Shown: positions 20,994 to 32,165 of the stretch, piece after piece
How positions within the stretch are numbered: the stretch's first letter is position 1
Layout: every line of letters starts with the position of its first letter
Source: Tagaea sp.
GTDB lineage: Bacteria > Pseudomonadota > Alphaproteobacteria > CACIAM-22H2
Direction of reading: 5' to 3'
NCBI GenBank assembly: GCA_965279525.1
Contig: CBDIIB010000005.1
Coordinates: forward strand, 1,152,001-1,216,000
Length of the DNA stretch: 64,000 bases
Program-made: the position numbers and the translations under genes
Notes under the pieces: model-generated
Told to the model about the DNA's origin: nothing
What the model saw: only the letters and a program-made list of their open reading frames with translations
Databases searched by the model: none

Positions 20994-21914
20994 ATGAATT
21001 CCAAGCGACTCACTGAGAAAGCCGCGCGCAATAGGCGCTGGATCGCAATCTCGCTGACGCCGGTCGTACTGCTTTTCGTCGTCCTGACGGCGTTTCCTGT
21101 CCTCAATCTGCTGGGTTTGAGTCTATTTCACGTCGAATGGAAGCAAGGCGCCTCGAATTTCGAGTTCGTCGGCTTGGAGAATTTCCAGCGTTTGTTCCTG
21201 GCGGAGCAGATTTTCTGGGACGGTGTGCGCAATACGCTGATTTTCGCCATGGTCGCGGTCGGGTTCCAGATGGTCATCGGATTCTCGATAGCTCTGGCCG
21301 TCAAGACTTCGGGGGTATTCGGACGTTCCGCCTTGACCGCGATCTTTCTTCTCCCCATCGTCGTGCCGCCGATTGTCATTGGCACGATGTGGCGCTTGAT
21401 CATGGGGCGCGAGTTCGGGCTTGGGAATGCGCTGTTGGGCTTGCTGGGTTTCGGTCCGGTCGACTGGTTGGGTAATCCGAATTTGGCGCTCGCCTCCGTG
21501 ATTTTCGTCGATATCTGGCACTGGACGCCTTTCGTTTTTCTGCTAATGCTCGCCGGGCTCGAATCCCTCGACGAGGAGGTATTAGAGGCGGCGCGAATGG
21601 ATACGCGTTTGCGCTGGCAGGAAATACGTCATGTCATATTGCCGATGATGATGCCGACGATTGTCGTGACGCTGCTTTTTCGTATAATTCTGACTTTTAA
21701 GGTGTTTGACGAAGTCTATCTGTTGACATCAGGCGGACCGGGAACGGCTACCGAAGTCGTCAATTTTTCGATCTACCGTACTTTCTTCCGTCAAGATCAG
21801 GTCGGCTACGGCTCCGCGATGTCGATCGTGACGCTGTTCGCGATCAGTTTGATCATCATTCTCGCCCGCGGCTATGCCCAACGCCGTGCCACGAAGAAAG
21901 CGGCGTCGATATGA
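20994..21914 (+). CDS. sugar ABC transporter permease
   Basis: FVGLENF, DIWHWTPFVFLLMLAGL, EAARMD. Confidence 0.92.
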   Translation: MNSKRLTEKAARNRRWIAISLTPVVLLFVVLTAFPVLNLLGLSLFHVEWKQGASNFEFVGLENFQRLFLAEQIFWDGVRNTLIFAMVAVGFQMVIGFSIALAVKTSGVFGRSALTAIFLLPIVVPPIVIGTMWRLIMGREFGLGNALLGLLGFGPVDWLGNPNLALASVIFVDIWHWTPFVFLLMLAGLESLDEEVLEAARMDTRLRWQEIRHVILPMMMPTIVVTLLFRIILTFKVFDEVYLLTSGGPGTATEVVNFSIYRTFFRQDQVGYGSAMSIVTLFAISLIIILARGYAQRRATKKAASI

Positions 21915-22738
21915 AATCCCGTCTCGGCACGCGCGCGCTCGCCAACATGGCCGCGTGGGGCTATGCGCTCGTTATCTTGGGACCGACGCTGTGGGTCTTG
22001 TCGAACGCGTTCAAATACAAGATCGACATAATCACGGGCGCCACGCTTTCGCCTCTGACTCTGGACAATTTCGAGGAATTGCTGTTTTCCCGCCAATCAG
22101 AGTTCCTCGTCAATTTGTTCAACAGCACGCTGATCGGACTCCTCTCCACGGCGATCGTAATCGTGATCGCGACAATGGCGGCATTCACGCTCGCGAGCCT
22201 GGAGGTCCGTCCCTGGGTGCGCTGGGCCGTGCTGGGATGGGCGCTGATGTTCCATATGTTACCCACGCTAACTTTCGTCGGGTCGTGGTATCTGATGTTT
22301 TCCTCGATCGGTCTGCATGGCACCTATGCCGCGCTCGTCGCGACGCACGCCGTCCACAACCTGCCGATGGCGCTGTTCCTGATGATGAGTTTCGTCGGCG
22401 CTCTGCCGCGCGAGCTGATTCAGGCGGCGCGGATGGATGGATGCACCAACGCGCAGATATTCTGGCGGATCGCGTTTCCGCTGGTGCGCGGCGGCATGAT
22501 CGCGGCGACGGCGCTGACCTTCATCTTCTCCTGGAGCGACTTTGCGATCTCATTGACGCTTTCGTCGCGCGCGACGATGACAGTGCCGGTCGCGATCTCT
22601 ACCTTCGCACAGGAATACGACATCAAGTATGGCGAGATGGCCGCTGGCACAATGCTGTCGATCGTGCCGGCTCTGATCCTGATCCTCGTCGGCCAGAAGT
22701 TCATCGTGCGCGGCCTTCTCGCGGGTGCCGTGAAATGA
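21911..22738 (+). CDS. sugar ABC transporter permease
   Basis: LPRELIQAARMDG EAA loop, FIFSWSDF, GL.AGAVK end. Confidence 0.92.
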   Translation: MKSRLGTRALANMAAWGYALVILGPTLWVLSNAFKYKIDIITGATLSPLTLDNFEELLFSRQSEFLVNLFNSTLIGLLSTAIVIVIATMAAFTLASLEVRPWVRWAVLGWALMFHMLPTLTFVGSWYLMFSSIGLHGTYAALVATHAVHNLPMALFLMMSFVGALPRELIQAARMDGCTNAQIFWRIAFPLVRGGMIAATALTFIFSWSDFAISLTLSSRATMTVPVAISTFAQEYDIKYGEMAAGTMLSIVPALILILVGQKFIVRGLLAGAVK

Positions 22739-22780
22739 GACGGCCGCACAAATTTACCCTAGCGCTTCCAGGTGTCGCTG

Positions 22781-23860
22781 ATGTCTGATCTTTCACTCCG
22801 AGAGCTCCGGAAGTTCTACGGTGGATTCGAAGTGATTCCGCCGCTCGATCTGGATATCCGCAGCGGCGAATTCGTAGTGCTCGTGGGGCCGTCGGGCAGC
22901 GGAAAGTCGACGTTGTTGCGGATGATCGCGGGGCTCGAAAGGATCGACGGCGGCGCGGTGAGTATCGACGGAGAGGATGTGACGGCTCGCGACGCTGGCG
23001 ACCGAGATATGGCAATGGTGTTCCAGTCCTACGCGCTTTACCCACATATGACGGTCGCGGAGAACATGACTTTCGCGCTGCGCATGCGTGGCACGCCTGA
23101 AGCCGTGGTCCGTGAGCGGCTCTCGAACGCACTACGGATGCTCTCGCTCGAAGGTCTCGAAGGGCGAAAGCCAGGACAGCTTTCGGGCGGTCAGCGCCAG
23201 CGGGTGGCGATGGGTCGTGCGATTGTACGCCAGCCGCGCGTCTTCTTATTCGACGAGCCCTTATCGAATCTTGACGCCAAGCTACGCGCGCGCACGCGTC
23301 TCGAGTTGCGCGAATTGCACGATCGATTGAAGGCGACGTCGATTCTCGTGACTCACGACCAGATCGAGGCGATGACGATGGCTGATCGCATCGTGCTGCT
23401 CGATCGGGGACGGATTCAGCAGATCGGCGCGCCGCGCGAGATATACGAACGGCCGAAGAACCGGTTCGTCGCGACGTTCATCGGGTCGCCCGAAATCAAC
23501 ATTTTCGATGGCCTTGCGGCCGTTCGGGACGGCCGGTGCTGGTTCGGTGATCTGGAGCTGCCGATGGCGGGTGCGGGCTACGAAAAGGCGACCGCGCTTG
23601 GGGCACGTCCCGAAGCATTCGAATTGCTTTCTGGCCCTGCTCCGGGCGCGTTGGCCGCGACCGTCGCCGCTGTCGAGTATACCGGGTCCGACGCCTATGC
23701 ATTGGCGAGGGCCGGCGCTTGGCAATTGGTAGTCAAACTTCCGGCCGATCTGAAAGTCGAAGGACATATCGTCGCGACCGGCGACAAGCTCCATATCCGC
23801 CTCGGATCGGAAGGCTGGCACCTGTTCGATGCGGCCGGCGCGCGCATTGAACGGCAATAG
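22781..23860 (+). CDS. sugar ABC transporter ATP-binding protein (MalK/UgpC type)
   Basis: [35 protein letters not shown]. Confidence 0.95.
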   Translation: MSDLSLRELRKFYGGFEVIPPLDLDIRSGEFVVLVGPSGSGKSTLLRMIAGLERIDGGAVSIDGEDVTARDAGDRDMAMVFQSYALYPHMTVAENMTFALRMRGTPEAVVRERLSNALRMLSLEGLEGRKPGQLSGGQRQRVAMGRAIVRQPRVFLFDEPLSNLDAKLRARTRLELRELHDRLKATSILVTHDQIEAMTMADRIVLLDRGRIQQIGAPREIYERPKNRFVATFIGSPEINIFDGLAAVRDGRCWFGDLELPMAGAGYEKATALGARPEAFELLSGPAPGALAATVAAVEYTGSDAYALARAGAWQLVVKLPADLKVEGHIVATGDKLHIRLGSEGWHLFDAAGARIERQ

Positions 23861-23862
23861 CG

Positions 23863-24840
23863 ATGCGGGGCGAACATACGCCGCGCGATTTCGTTGGCGA
23901 TCCGCGCCAAATCGCGTCGGTCCGCCGCATCGTGCTAGCCGATGGCGCGGAATCGGGCGTGGAGGCCTTGGCGTTCTCGACGGGCGGTGGCCTCGATTTT
24001 TGGATATTTCCGGGTCGATTGCTCGATATCGGCACGCTGTCCTGGCGCGGTGCGCAGATCGCTTGGCAAAGCCCTGCCGGGTTTCGGCCGCTGCTGTCGC
24101 CGACGCGCGGCGGGCGCGATTTCGGCCGCGCCTTTGGCGGATTCCTTAATACTTGCGGCTTCGATCATATCCGCCAGCCTGCGGACGGCAAGCCGATGCA
24201 CGGTTCCGCGCCGTTTATGCCAGCCCGCTTGATCGGATACGGCGAAGCTTGGGACGCAACCGAGCCAATTCTCTATTGCGAGGGCGAGGCGGTGGTCTGG
24301 GCGTTCGGCGCAGGCGGCCATCGGGTACGCCGACGGATCGAGGCGCCGATCGGCGGTGCAACGATCCGTATCGTCGATCGCGTCGAGATCGTCGGCCCGA
24401 CACCGCTGCCGATCATGACGCTCTATCATTTTAATCTGGGCTATCCGCTCCATCGCGCGGGCACGAGCATCCTATTCGACGGTGCGGATGTATCAGGGCG
24501 GTTGCCGCAACGAGAATCTGCGGCGTTGCCGTCGAAACTGTATCCGGCGAAAGGCGATCGCGCCGCCTGCGGTGTGAGGGGCGGCGGCGGGATCGAGATA
24601 GAGTTTCGTTGGAACGCGACGACTCTGCCTTGGCTCCAGCTTTGGCGCGATCTTCGTCCGGGAAACGGCGTGCTCAGTGTCGAGCCATGCTCGACGGGGC
24701 GCAATCCGGACGGGACGAATGCCGAAGTTCAGCCGACGGCGACGGGCGACGGGATTACGTTCGAAGTCGAAATTTGCGTCGGCGATGCGCCGGATGCAGA
24801 GCCGGGGGACAGCGTTCGGCGCGACGACGACACCCGCTAG
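23863..24840 (+). CDS. DUF4432 / aldose 1-epimerase-like protein
   Basis: DG.E.GV......GGL.F...P.R.LDI, GGFLNTCG, HG, LYHFNLGYPL, WRD......L.VEP. Confidence 0.75.
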   Translation: MRGEHTPRDFVGDPRQIASVRRIVLADGAESGVEALAFSTGGGLDFWIFPGRLLDIGTLSWRGAQIAWQSPAGFRPLLSPTRGGRDFGRAFGGFLNTCGFDHIRQPADGKPMHGSAPFMPARLIGYGEAWDATEPILYCEGEAVVWAFGAGGHRVRRRIEAPIGGATIRIVDRVEIVGPTPLPIMTLYHFNLGYPLHRAGTSILFDGADVSGRLPQRESAALPSKLYPAKGDRAACGVRGGGGIEIEFRWNATTLPWLQLWRDLRPGNGVLSVEPCSTGRNPDGTNAEVQPTATGDGITFEVEICVGDAPDAEPGDSVRRDDDTR

Positions 24841-24877
24841 CCAGCGAGAGCGACATCGCGTTTCCAAACGAAGGCGT

Positions 24878-24904
24878 TGGCCTGCCCCGGGTTTCGTGGA
24901 CACC
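24878..24904 (+). repeat. isolated IS3-family-like terminal repeat
   Basis: TGGCCTGCCCCGGGTTTCGTGGACACC resembles IS3-family left ends; no transposase follows. Confidence 0.5.
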
Positions 24905-25016
24905 TGCACAAGAGTGACACTCAAACTGGTATTCGATCACAGGAACGGTGATTCCTTGGTGCTTGCTCGACAGAGGAAGGAGTGAGCCGAGGTTCTGGCC
25001 TGCATTCGTTAGAATC

Positions 25017-25832
25017 TTACCCAATATGCCCTCTAAGCCAATCGACAGCATCGGAAATTGCGTCATCAGCTCGTCGATCCACACTCCAGTTATTGATAAA
25101 TCCGTGTTCGCGTCCGGGGATGACCTGAAGACGAGATGAATTACCTGACGCAACTGCTCGGCGATAGACGGTCAGGCTATCCGCGAGAAGTGGATCATGG
25201 TCACCGCAGGCAATCCAGAGCGGGGATAATCCACTTAGATCCGCAAGTGTGAGATCGCCGTATCGCTGGTCGTCTGCTTGCGCAACTCCGTAGGCGGCAA
25301 TGCACTCACGCATATAGTCTGTTGTAAGCGTCGTTGAACCATTGCCATAGAGTCGGTGCGTCTCGCTGTCTGTCGACATCGCGAAGGCACCATTGAAAAA
25401 CACCGCCGCACGCGGAATAGGCGAGCTCAAATCCCGAAGCTTCATCATCGCAGCAAGTGCAATCTGCGCACCTGCACTTCCACCAATAATTCCCGCAAGC
25501 CGATCTTCGGATGACAGGGCATTGCAGGCCAAAACCACGTCGTTTATCGCGGCCGGATAAGGTTTTTGAGGTGCCAGTGCATACTCGACGGAGAGAACTG
25601 GTCGTTTTGCTTGTAGCGCTATCCGACAGGCGACAGCGCGGAAGTGCTCCGGTGAGCCACCGATCCAACCTCCACCATGGACAAATATGAGTGGCTTTTC
25701 CGAGTCTAACTCAGGTGGCGTAATCAAAAGGCCACGAACACTACTTGATCCTTGCCGGAGAGTTACCCAACGTTCGGTACCGTCACCGAGCGCCGTTGCA
25801 TGGTTCTCACCAGCCTTTTCGACATTCCTCAC
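25017..25832 (-). CDS. alpha/beta hydrolase (HSL-family esterase)
   Basis: HGGGW oxyanion motif, GGSAG nucleophile, DPL, HGF. Confidence 0.9.
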   Translation of the reverse strand: MRNVEKAGENHATALGDGTERWVTLRQGSSSVRGLLITPPELDSEKPLIFVHGGGWIGGSPEHFRAVACRIALQAKRPVLSVEYALAPQKPYPAAINDVVLACNALSSEDRLAGIIGGSAGAQIALAAMMKLRDLSSPIPRAAVFFNGAFAMSTDSETHRLYGNGSTTLTTDYMRECIAAYGVAQADDQRYGDLTLADLSGLSPLWIACGDHDPLLADSLTVYRRAVASGNSSRLQVIPGREHGFINNWSVDRRADDAISDAVDWLRGHIG

Positions 25833-26827
25833 GAAAACAAATTAACTGCTTGCGCCGACGCATCGGTCAAGGTGAAAGGAAAATGGCAGGCCGCCAGTGC
25901 GTCTGAGCTTGGTTGCGTAACAAGCTCCGGGCGCTCCTGCTTGCAGACTGCCTCGCATTTCCAACAACGAGGGTGGAACGCGCATCCGGAAGGTGGTGCG
26001 CTTGGATTTGCGACATCTCCGGCAAGTACTATGCGGGATGAGGTGCCGGATTCGACGCGCGGAACTGCGGACAATAGAGCCTTCGTATAGGGATGCGCAG
26101 GAGACGAAAAGATCGTCTCGACAGGCCCCATTTCTACGATGCGGCCAAGATACATCACGGCCACCATGTCACAGATATGCCGGACCGCGCTCAGGTCGTG
26201 GGAAATGAAGATGTAGGTCAGTTTGAGGCGTTGCTGCAGTTCGCGCAGAACATTGATGATCTGAGCCTGGATACTTACGTCCAACGACGCGACCGGCTCG
26301 TCCAATACCAACAGCTCGGGTTCCAACGCCAACGCCCGCGCGATGCCGATGCGCTGCCTCTGGCCGCCAGACAATACTGCGGGCCGCCGTTGCATCAGGT
26401 CCGGCGAAATTCCCACCAATTCGAGCAGTTCCTTGACGCGCTCTCGACGGGATTCACGTGTCCCGATTCGCTGCACGTTTAGTGGTTCGGCGACCAGACT
26501 TTCGACATTCATTCGCGGATCGAGCGATGAATACGGATCCTGGAACACCATCTGAACGGACCGACGAAAGGCAGCGAGCTCTTTGCCGCGCGCCCGGATC
26601 ACATTCTCACCCTTCAGCTTGATTTCGCCCTGATCAGGCTCAATCAGGCCGACAATCATGCGGCCGAGCGTAGTCTTCCCGCAACCTGACTCGCCAACGA
26701 GCCCGACGGTTAGGCCCTTTGGAATCGATAGATTCACATCGGAGACCGCCCGCACGACACGGCCACCGCGGCCACGGATTGGAAAGCCCTTTGTGAGATT
26801 GCTTACTTTTAAAAACTGCTCGGTCAT
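25829..26827 (-). CDS. peptide/nickel-type ABC transporter ATPase (OppF/DppF-like)
   Basis: [28 protein letters not shown] tail. Confidence 0.93.
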   Translation of the reverse strand: MTEQFLKVSNLTKGFPIRGRGGRVVRAVSDVNLSIPKGLTVGLVGESGCGKTTLGRMIVGLIEPDQGEIKLKGENVIRARGKELAAFRRSVQMVFQDPYSSLDPRMNVESLVAEPLNVQRIGTRESRRERVKELLELVGISPDLMQRRPAVLSGGQRQRIGIARALALEPELLVLDEPVASLDVSIQAQIINVLRELQQRLKLTYIFISHDLSAVRHICDMVAVMYLGRIVEMGPVETIFSSPAHPYTKALLSAVPRVESGTSSRIVLAGDVANPSAPPSGCAFHPRCWKCEAVCKQERPELVTQPSSDALAACHFPFTLTDASAQAVNLFS

Positions 26828-27885
26828 AACGCGCCCACCTTCTTCGTCGACGCAACAACACCGTCGACCAGCTCATGGGCGAAATGACATGCAGTGGAGC
26901 TCTGCAGTCCGGGGACCGTCCTTAGTTCTGGGACTTCACGTGCACACAGCTCGCGACCTTTAGCCAAGGTACACCGGGGATGGAATGGACATCCGGGAGG
27001 CCTACTGCCGAGCGACGGCGGTCTACCCGGAATGGTCGCCAGAAACTCCTCCTTGCGGTCGAGCTTGGGCCGCGCATCGAGTAGAGCACGTGTGTAGGGG
27101 TGCGCCGGCCGCCGCAGGACCATGGCTGCCGGCCCGACTTCCATCGTCCGGCCGGAATAGAGAACGAGTATCCGGTCGCAATTCTCCGCGATCAACCCGA
27201 GATCGTGTGAAACCAAGATCATCGAACGCCCATTCTGGCGGCCGATCTTCCGAAACAGCTCCATCACCTGTGCCTGGATCGTGACGTCAAGGGCGGTGGT
27301 CGGTTCATCCGCGATCACCAAGGCCGGTGAATTCGCGATCGCCATTGCGATCATCACGCGTTGCCGCATGCCGCCCGAGAATTCGTGCGGATACTGATCG
27401 ACGCGTGTTGTCGGATCAGGAATTCCGACTGCGCCGAACAATTCGATGACTTTCCGTCGGCGTTCATCACGCGTGAGATCGCTGTGTATTCGGAGCATTT
27501 CGTCGATCTGGTCACCGCATCTCTGCAGGGGATTCAAGGATGCCAACGGATCCTGAAAGACCATACCGATACGGCCGCCGCGCACATTCTTCAAATCCTT
27601 CGATCGAAGCGTAAACAGATCATTGCCTTCGAAGATTGCCTGGCCGCGCGTGACTTTCAGGGGCGCCGCGATCAATCCAATGAGAGAGCGAACGGTCACG
27701 CTTTTGCCAGAGCCAGATTCACCCACGATTCCGAGGACCTCGCCGGCCGATATGTCGAACGAGATTCCGTCCACTACAAAAGCGCCTTGGGAGGAACCGA
27801 GATCGACACGAAGATTTTTGACCGTCAATACGGGATCAGACTTCGTCGCGGGATCATTCGCTTGTGCTGAAATGATCGCGTTCAT
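26824..27885 (-). CDS. peptide/nickel-type ABC transporter ATPase (OppD/DppD-like)
   Basis: [34 protein letters not shown]. Confidence 0.93.
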   Translation of the reverse strand: MNAIISAQANDPATKSDPVLTVKNLRVDLGSSQGAFVVDGISFDISAGEVLGIVGESGSGKSVTVRSLIGLIAAPLKVTRGQAIFEGNDLFTLRSKDLKNVRGGRIGMVFQDPLASLNPLQRCGDQIDEMLRIHSDLTRDERRRKVIELFGAVGIPDPTTRVDQYPHEFSGGMRQRVMIAMAIANSPALVIADEPTTALDVTIQAQVMELFRKIGRQNGRSMILVSHDLGLIAENCDRILVLYSGRTMEVGPAAMVLRRPAHPYTRALLDARPKLDRKEEFLATIPGRPPSLGSRPPGCPFHPRCTLAKGRELCAREVPELRTVPGLQSSTACHFAHELVDGVVASTKKVGAL

Positions 27886-28775
27886 TGCATCGAACCTGGG
27901 ACGTCGCCGACGTCGAGAACATCGCGCAATGCGTCTGCCAACAGGACAAGACCGACGAGAAATATCGTCAGCGCGACCCCAGGGGCGATCGCAAACCAGG
28001 GCGCAAAGTCGAGGAATGCTCGGCTCTCATTAAGCATCAGGCCCCAAGACGCCGTCGGCGGCTGAATGCCGAGACCAAGAAACGACAACGTCGATTCCAG
28101 AAGTACCGAAACGCCGACGACCAGACTTGCTTGCACGAGTATCGGGCTGGCACTGTTTCGCAATAGATGCGTGAGCATGATCCTTGGGCCGGAGGATCCA
28201 AAGAGTTTCGCCGCCAACACATATTCCTGAGAACGGAGCTGGAGAACACTTGCTCTTGTCAGGCGTCCAAAAATGGGAATCGCGCTGGTTGCAAGCGCCA
28301 AGCTCACTGTAACCGTGCCAGCCCCCATGATCACGACCAGCAGTAACGCTAGAAGTACGCTCGGGAAGGCAAGGATGATGTCGAGGCTACGCATGATGAT
28401 CGCATCGGCAGCACCGCCGTAATAACCTGCAAGCAGGCCGATCAGTACCCCGACTATGCCACCGATTAGTGCAGCCGATCCACCGACGACAATGGCGATT
28501 CGTGTACCGAAGACTACTCTGGACAGGATGTCCCGACCGTATTGGTCCGTGCCAAACCAATATTCCGCAGACGGCGGCATCAGCTCCGAGGCCATGTCCT
28601 GGAATGCGGGATCGTAAGGCGCAACAAACGGTGCAAAAATCGCTAGCAACACAGCCGATGCTACGACAAAGAAACCGACGCTTCCAAGGCGATGGCGTAG
28701 CAGCCGAGCGATCGTGTGGTCGGAATACTGTTTACGAAGACTCGAGCTGCCCGAAGAAAGCCAATTGAATATCAT
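27882..28775 (-). CDS. peptide-type ABC transporter permease (OppC/DppC-like)
   Basis: FGTDQYGRDILSR, LSFLGLGIQPP..SWG. Confidence 0.93.
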   Translation of the reverse strand: MIFNWLSSGSSSLRKQYSDHTIARLLRHRLGSVGFFVVASAVLLAIFAPFVAPYDPAFQDMASELMPPSAEYWFGTDQYGRDILSRVVFGTRIAIVVGGSAALIGGIVGVLIGLLAGYYGGAADAIIMRSLDIILAFPSVLLALLLVVIMGAGTVTVSLALATSAIPIFGRLTRASVLQLRSQEYVLAAKLFGSSGPRIMLTHLLRNSASPILVQASLVVGVSVLLESTLSFLGLGIQPPTASWGLMLNESRAFLDFAPWFAIAPGVALTIFLVGLVLLADALRDVLDVGDVPGSMQ

Positions 28776-29725
28776 CCCGGACTCCCAATCCGGATACGCG
28801 GATCAAGCCAAGCGTAGAGCAGGTCGGCAACCAGATTGATGACGATGAAGGAAATCACGAGCAACAACATGGCGCCTTGGATAACCGTGTAGTCGCGTGC
28901 CCGGATTGAGTTGACAAGGAGGCCGCCAAGTCCTGGCCATCCGAATAAGGCTTCGATTACTACGGTCGACCCGAGCATCTGACCGAACTGAACGGCTAGA
29001 ATAGTGATCACCGGGACAAGAGCGTTCGGCACGATGTGAAGGAGTATGACTCGCCATTCGGGCAAGCCTTTAGACCTTGCCGTCCAGACAAATTCATTAC
29101 GCGAGACATCTAGAACAGCAGCTCTGGCAAACCGAGCAATTACGGCCGTAGGGCGCGTAATCAGCGCAAGGATGGGCAGAATCAGATGATGCAGGGCCAA
29201 GCTCGGGTTCTCGAGTGTCGAAACATAGCCGCCCGGAGGTAGCACCCCTAGCCAAACCGCGAAGAACAGGATCCCGATCGTGGCGAGCCAATAGTCGGGG
29301 ATGCTGATCATGAGCGCCGACGCGACGGTGATCGATGCGTCGACACGTGTTCTGGCATTCACCGCTGCTGTGACTCCCAAAAGGGTGCCCAATGTGGCGA
29401 CCAGGAAAATCGCCAAGGCCGCCAGTTCCAATGTTGCCGGCAGCCGCTGGAGGATAAGGCCGCCAACGGGCGAACGGCTGATGAACGATTGCCCAAGATC
29501 GCCAGTTACCGCGAGCTCCAGCCAGCGGACGAATTGCTCGAACAAAGTTCCACTCAGACCGAGTTGGACACGGACTGACTCAATCTGCTCGGGAGATGCA
29601 TCGATTCCTGCTCTGATCTGGGCCGGATCACCGGGGACCAGTTTCAAGAGCAGGAATACGATGAACGACGAAACCAGAACCACGGGCAGTGATTTCAAGA
29701 GTCTCGAAAGTATGTACCGTGTCAT
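28772..29725 (-). CDS. peptide-type ABC transporter permease (OppB/DppB-like)
   Basis: PGDPA, GDLG.S, TARSKGL, E.LF.WPGLG, RDY.VIQG. Confidence 0.93.
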   Translation of the reverse strand: MTRYILSRLLKSLPVVLVSSFIVFLLLKLVPGDPAQIRAGIDASPEQIESVRVQLGLSGTLFEQFVRWLELAVTGDLGQSFISRSPVGGLILQRLPATLELAALAIFLVATLGTLLGVTAAVNARTRVDASITVASALMISIPDYWLATIGILFFAVWLGVLPPGGYVSTLENPSLALHHLILPILALITRPTAVIARFARAAVLDVSRNEFVWTARSKGLPEWRVILLHIVPNALVPVITILAVQFGQMLGSTVVIEALFGWPGLGGLLVNSIRARDYTVIQGAMLLLVISFIVINLVADLLYAWLDPRIRIGSPG

Positions 29726-29743
29726 CTGGCCCTTCTGCTCGCT

Positions 29744-31276
29744 CTAAGTGCCCGACACTACATCCGCAAATGAGATCTGACCGCCAACCCGGAAACTAGG
29801 CCCGCTCACACCTGGTGCCATGACCAGCAGGGGAACGCGACGGGATATGGCATTCGTGCAAACTGCCTCATTCATGAAGAATGCGGTGATCGCCTTCACT
29901 CGATTTAGACGAGTGGCGGCATCAGGCTCGACAAGTGCTTCACCGATCATCTGGGTCAGTTCATCGCTTTGGAACTCGGACATGTTGTTCTCGACCCGCC
30001 ACGGGGCTGCCATCGCGAACAGTGATTCCGGGCTGTAGCCGGAGAATCCGAATGCGCCGGTCCAGATACTGGCTGAATGCTCCCGGAGAAGCCGTTGCGA
30101 CCACCGGCCGATGTCCACGACCTCGAGTTCGAGCGTAACTCCGATCTGGGCCAAATCGGCCTGATACTGCTGAGCTTGTTCGAGCAGCGGCGGCCATGCT
30201 GTGCAGACCATCATGGTCGCCTTGATGTTGCTGACGCCGGATTCCTTGAGCAGGATTCGTGACTTCTCGAGGTCGAATCCGTAAGCATCCCGCGATGCCG
30301 GATCATACGCGGGAGACTGAGGCGGCCACGGTGCAGCGGTCGCCTCACCGAAGCCACGCAGTGTCGATTCCACGAATCGCTTCCGGTTCAAAGCGTAGGT
30401 GAATGCCTGACGGACCTTCTTATTGTCGAACGGGGCCGCCTTGACGTTCATGCCCATGTAATAGAATTCGGGGCCCAGATCGTTGCGAACGATCTTGTAT
30501 TTGTTGTCGCGCTGGAAGAGCGAAACGGCGCGTTCGTCGAGGCCCTGGGCGCAGTGAATGGCGCCCGACCTGAGCTGGGCCGATAGCGCCTGCGCGTCCG
30601 AGATTACCTGGCATACGATCTTCTCCGGGCCCATGGCTGTGGCCCAATGGTCCTGATAGCGGGCCAGATCGTAGCCCTGTCCTGGACGCCACTGGGTCAC
30701 TTTGTAGGCCCCGGTGCCGCTGACATTTTTCGCTGGGTCGCCCTTCGCCAGCACGACGCTGTCGGCGATATACATCAGGCTGAGCGCGTCCATGAAGTTC
30801 GGTCGCGGCACATGGAAATTGAGAATGAGCGTGTGCGGGTCAGGCGTTTCCGTGTTCTTGACCCACTTCGACATTGCAACCAATTGACCGGAACCGATGG
30901 CGGGGTTCTGGACACGCTCGAGCGTGAAAATGACGTCGGCGGCGGTGAACGGATTACCGGAGTGGAACTTGATCCCCTGGCGAAGCTTGAGCGTCAGTTG
31001 GGTTTTGTTGGCATTCCAGGTCCAGCCGGTCGCAAGAGCCGGCTGGATGTTCAACGCGGCGTCATACCGAATTAGCGGATCGAACACGTTGTCGGTAAAT
31101 GGAAACTGCGCAACCGTGATGATGTTGGGATCCGGCGCAACAATATCCGTCACGCATCCGACAACAAGCTGGCTCATGCGCGTCGCGGATCGCGCTCCGG
31201 CACTAAAGCCCAGCATTCCAACTGCTGCCGTTGCCACAGGCAGGATCAAGCTGTCCCGACGTGTAAGTGCGCGCAT
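29744..31276 (-). CDS. family-5 ABC substrate-binding protein (Tat signal)
   Basis: LTRRD Tat motif, LR.GIKFHSG.PFTAADV.FT, GTGAY. Confidence 0.92.
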   Translation of the reverse strand: MRALTRRDSLILPVATAAVGMLGFSAGARSATRMSQLVVGCVTDIVAPDPNIITVAQFPFTDNVFDPLIRYDAALNIQPALATGWTWNANKTQLTLKLRQGIKFHSGNPFTAADVIFTLERVQNPAIGSGQLVAMSKWVKNTETPDPHTLILNFHVPRPNFMDALSLMYIADSVVLAKGDPAKNVSGTGAYKVTQWRPGQGYDLARYQDHWATAMGPEKIVCQVISDAQALSAQLRSGAIHCAQGLDERAVSLFQRDNKYKIVRNDLGPEFYYMGMNVKAAPFDNKKVRQAFTYALNRKRFVESTLRGFGEATAAPWPPQSPAYDPASRDAYGFDLEKSRILLKESGVSNIKATMMVCTAWPPLLEQAQQYQADLAQIGVTLELEVVDIGRWSQRLLREHSASIWTGAFGFSGYSPESLFAMAAPWRVENNMSEFQSDELTQMIGEALVEPDAATRLNRVKAITAFFMNEAVCTNAISRRVPLLVMAPGVSGPSFRVGGQISFADVVSGT

Positions 31277-31384
31277 TTGCGAGCCTCCCGATCTGAAATG
31301 CCCGATTTGTACGGGCTCTGACTTGAGTCGGGCATGGCCCGAACTGCGCCACCTTTAGCGATATGGTGATGGCCAGTCAATAAA

Positions 31385-31468
31385 CTTTGATCAAACATTA
31401 ATTCAATAGGTAAAATAGCCTCATTAGAAGCAAGATATAAGCGGCGCATAAAAATGGTTTGATCAAAG
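31385..31468. promoter_or_regulatory. pair of palindromic operators, probably for the adjacent GntR
   Basis: CTTTGATCAAAC (31385-31396) and its exact reverse complement GTTTGATCAAAG (31457-31468) in the AT-rich divergent intergenic region. Confidence 0.6.
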
Positions 31469-31494
31469 CTGCAGATTTCGATAATCCTAATTTC

Positions 31495-32151
31495 ATGTTC
31501 CAAATCAATCGAACAGCCGAAATCGATATCGGTGATCGTATCCGCGACCAGATTCTATCGGGTGAATTGCCGCTAGGCAGCCGGCTGACCCTCGATTTGC
31601 TGGCATCGCGCTATGACGCTGGCCACATGCCAATTCGGGAAGCACTCCGGCGCCTGGAGGGCGAAGGCCTCGTGGTTTTGACACCGAATCGGGGCGCGCG
31701 CGTGAGGGGCGTCGATGTTGATTTCGTCCGCAATGTCTTCGATGTGCGGGTCGCAATCGAATCGATGCTTGTCCGCCGTGCGGCAGAGCGGATCGAACCC
31801 CATCAGATCGTCGAGCTCAAAGCGGTTCAAGCTACCTACGAACGCGCGATCGCGGCCAAAGACTACAAGGGCGCCCTCTCCGACAATCACGAATTCCATC
31901 GGATCATAAATTCTGCGGCCGGGAATCCCGAAGCTTCGGAAATCTTGGACCGTCACTGGGGTCTGATAATTGCCCTGTGGAACAAGTACGAATACGGCGA
32001 GAACCGCGCCGCCGGCGTCATCGCAGATCACCATCAGATCATTCATGCACTCGAAAAGAGAGACGCAGAATTCGCTGCGGCCGTTGCGGCGGTCCATTCC
32101 GCGAAGGCCAAGAATCAGCTTTTGGAGCGGATGCAAGGACGCGCTTCGTGA
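31495..32151 (+). CDS. GntR/FCD-family transcriptional regulator
   Basis: IR..ILSGEL..G.RL...LA......PIREALRRLEGEGLV...PNRGA.V; FCD with N..FH and H..I; ATG 31495 (ORF opens 31459). Confidence 0.93.
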   Translation: MFQINRTAEIDIGDRIRDQILSGELPLGSRLTLDLLASRYDAGHMPIREALRRLEGEGLVVLTPNRGARVRGVDVDFVRNVFDVRVAIESMLVRRAAERIEPHQIVELKAVQATYERAIAAKDYKGALSDNHEFHRIINSAAGNPEASEILDRHWGLIIALWNKYEYGENRAAGVIADHHQIIHALEKRDAEFAAAVAAVHSAKAKNQLLERMQGRAS

Positions 32152-32165
32152 CAAAGCGGGAAGTC

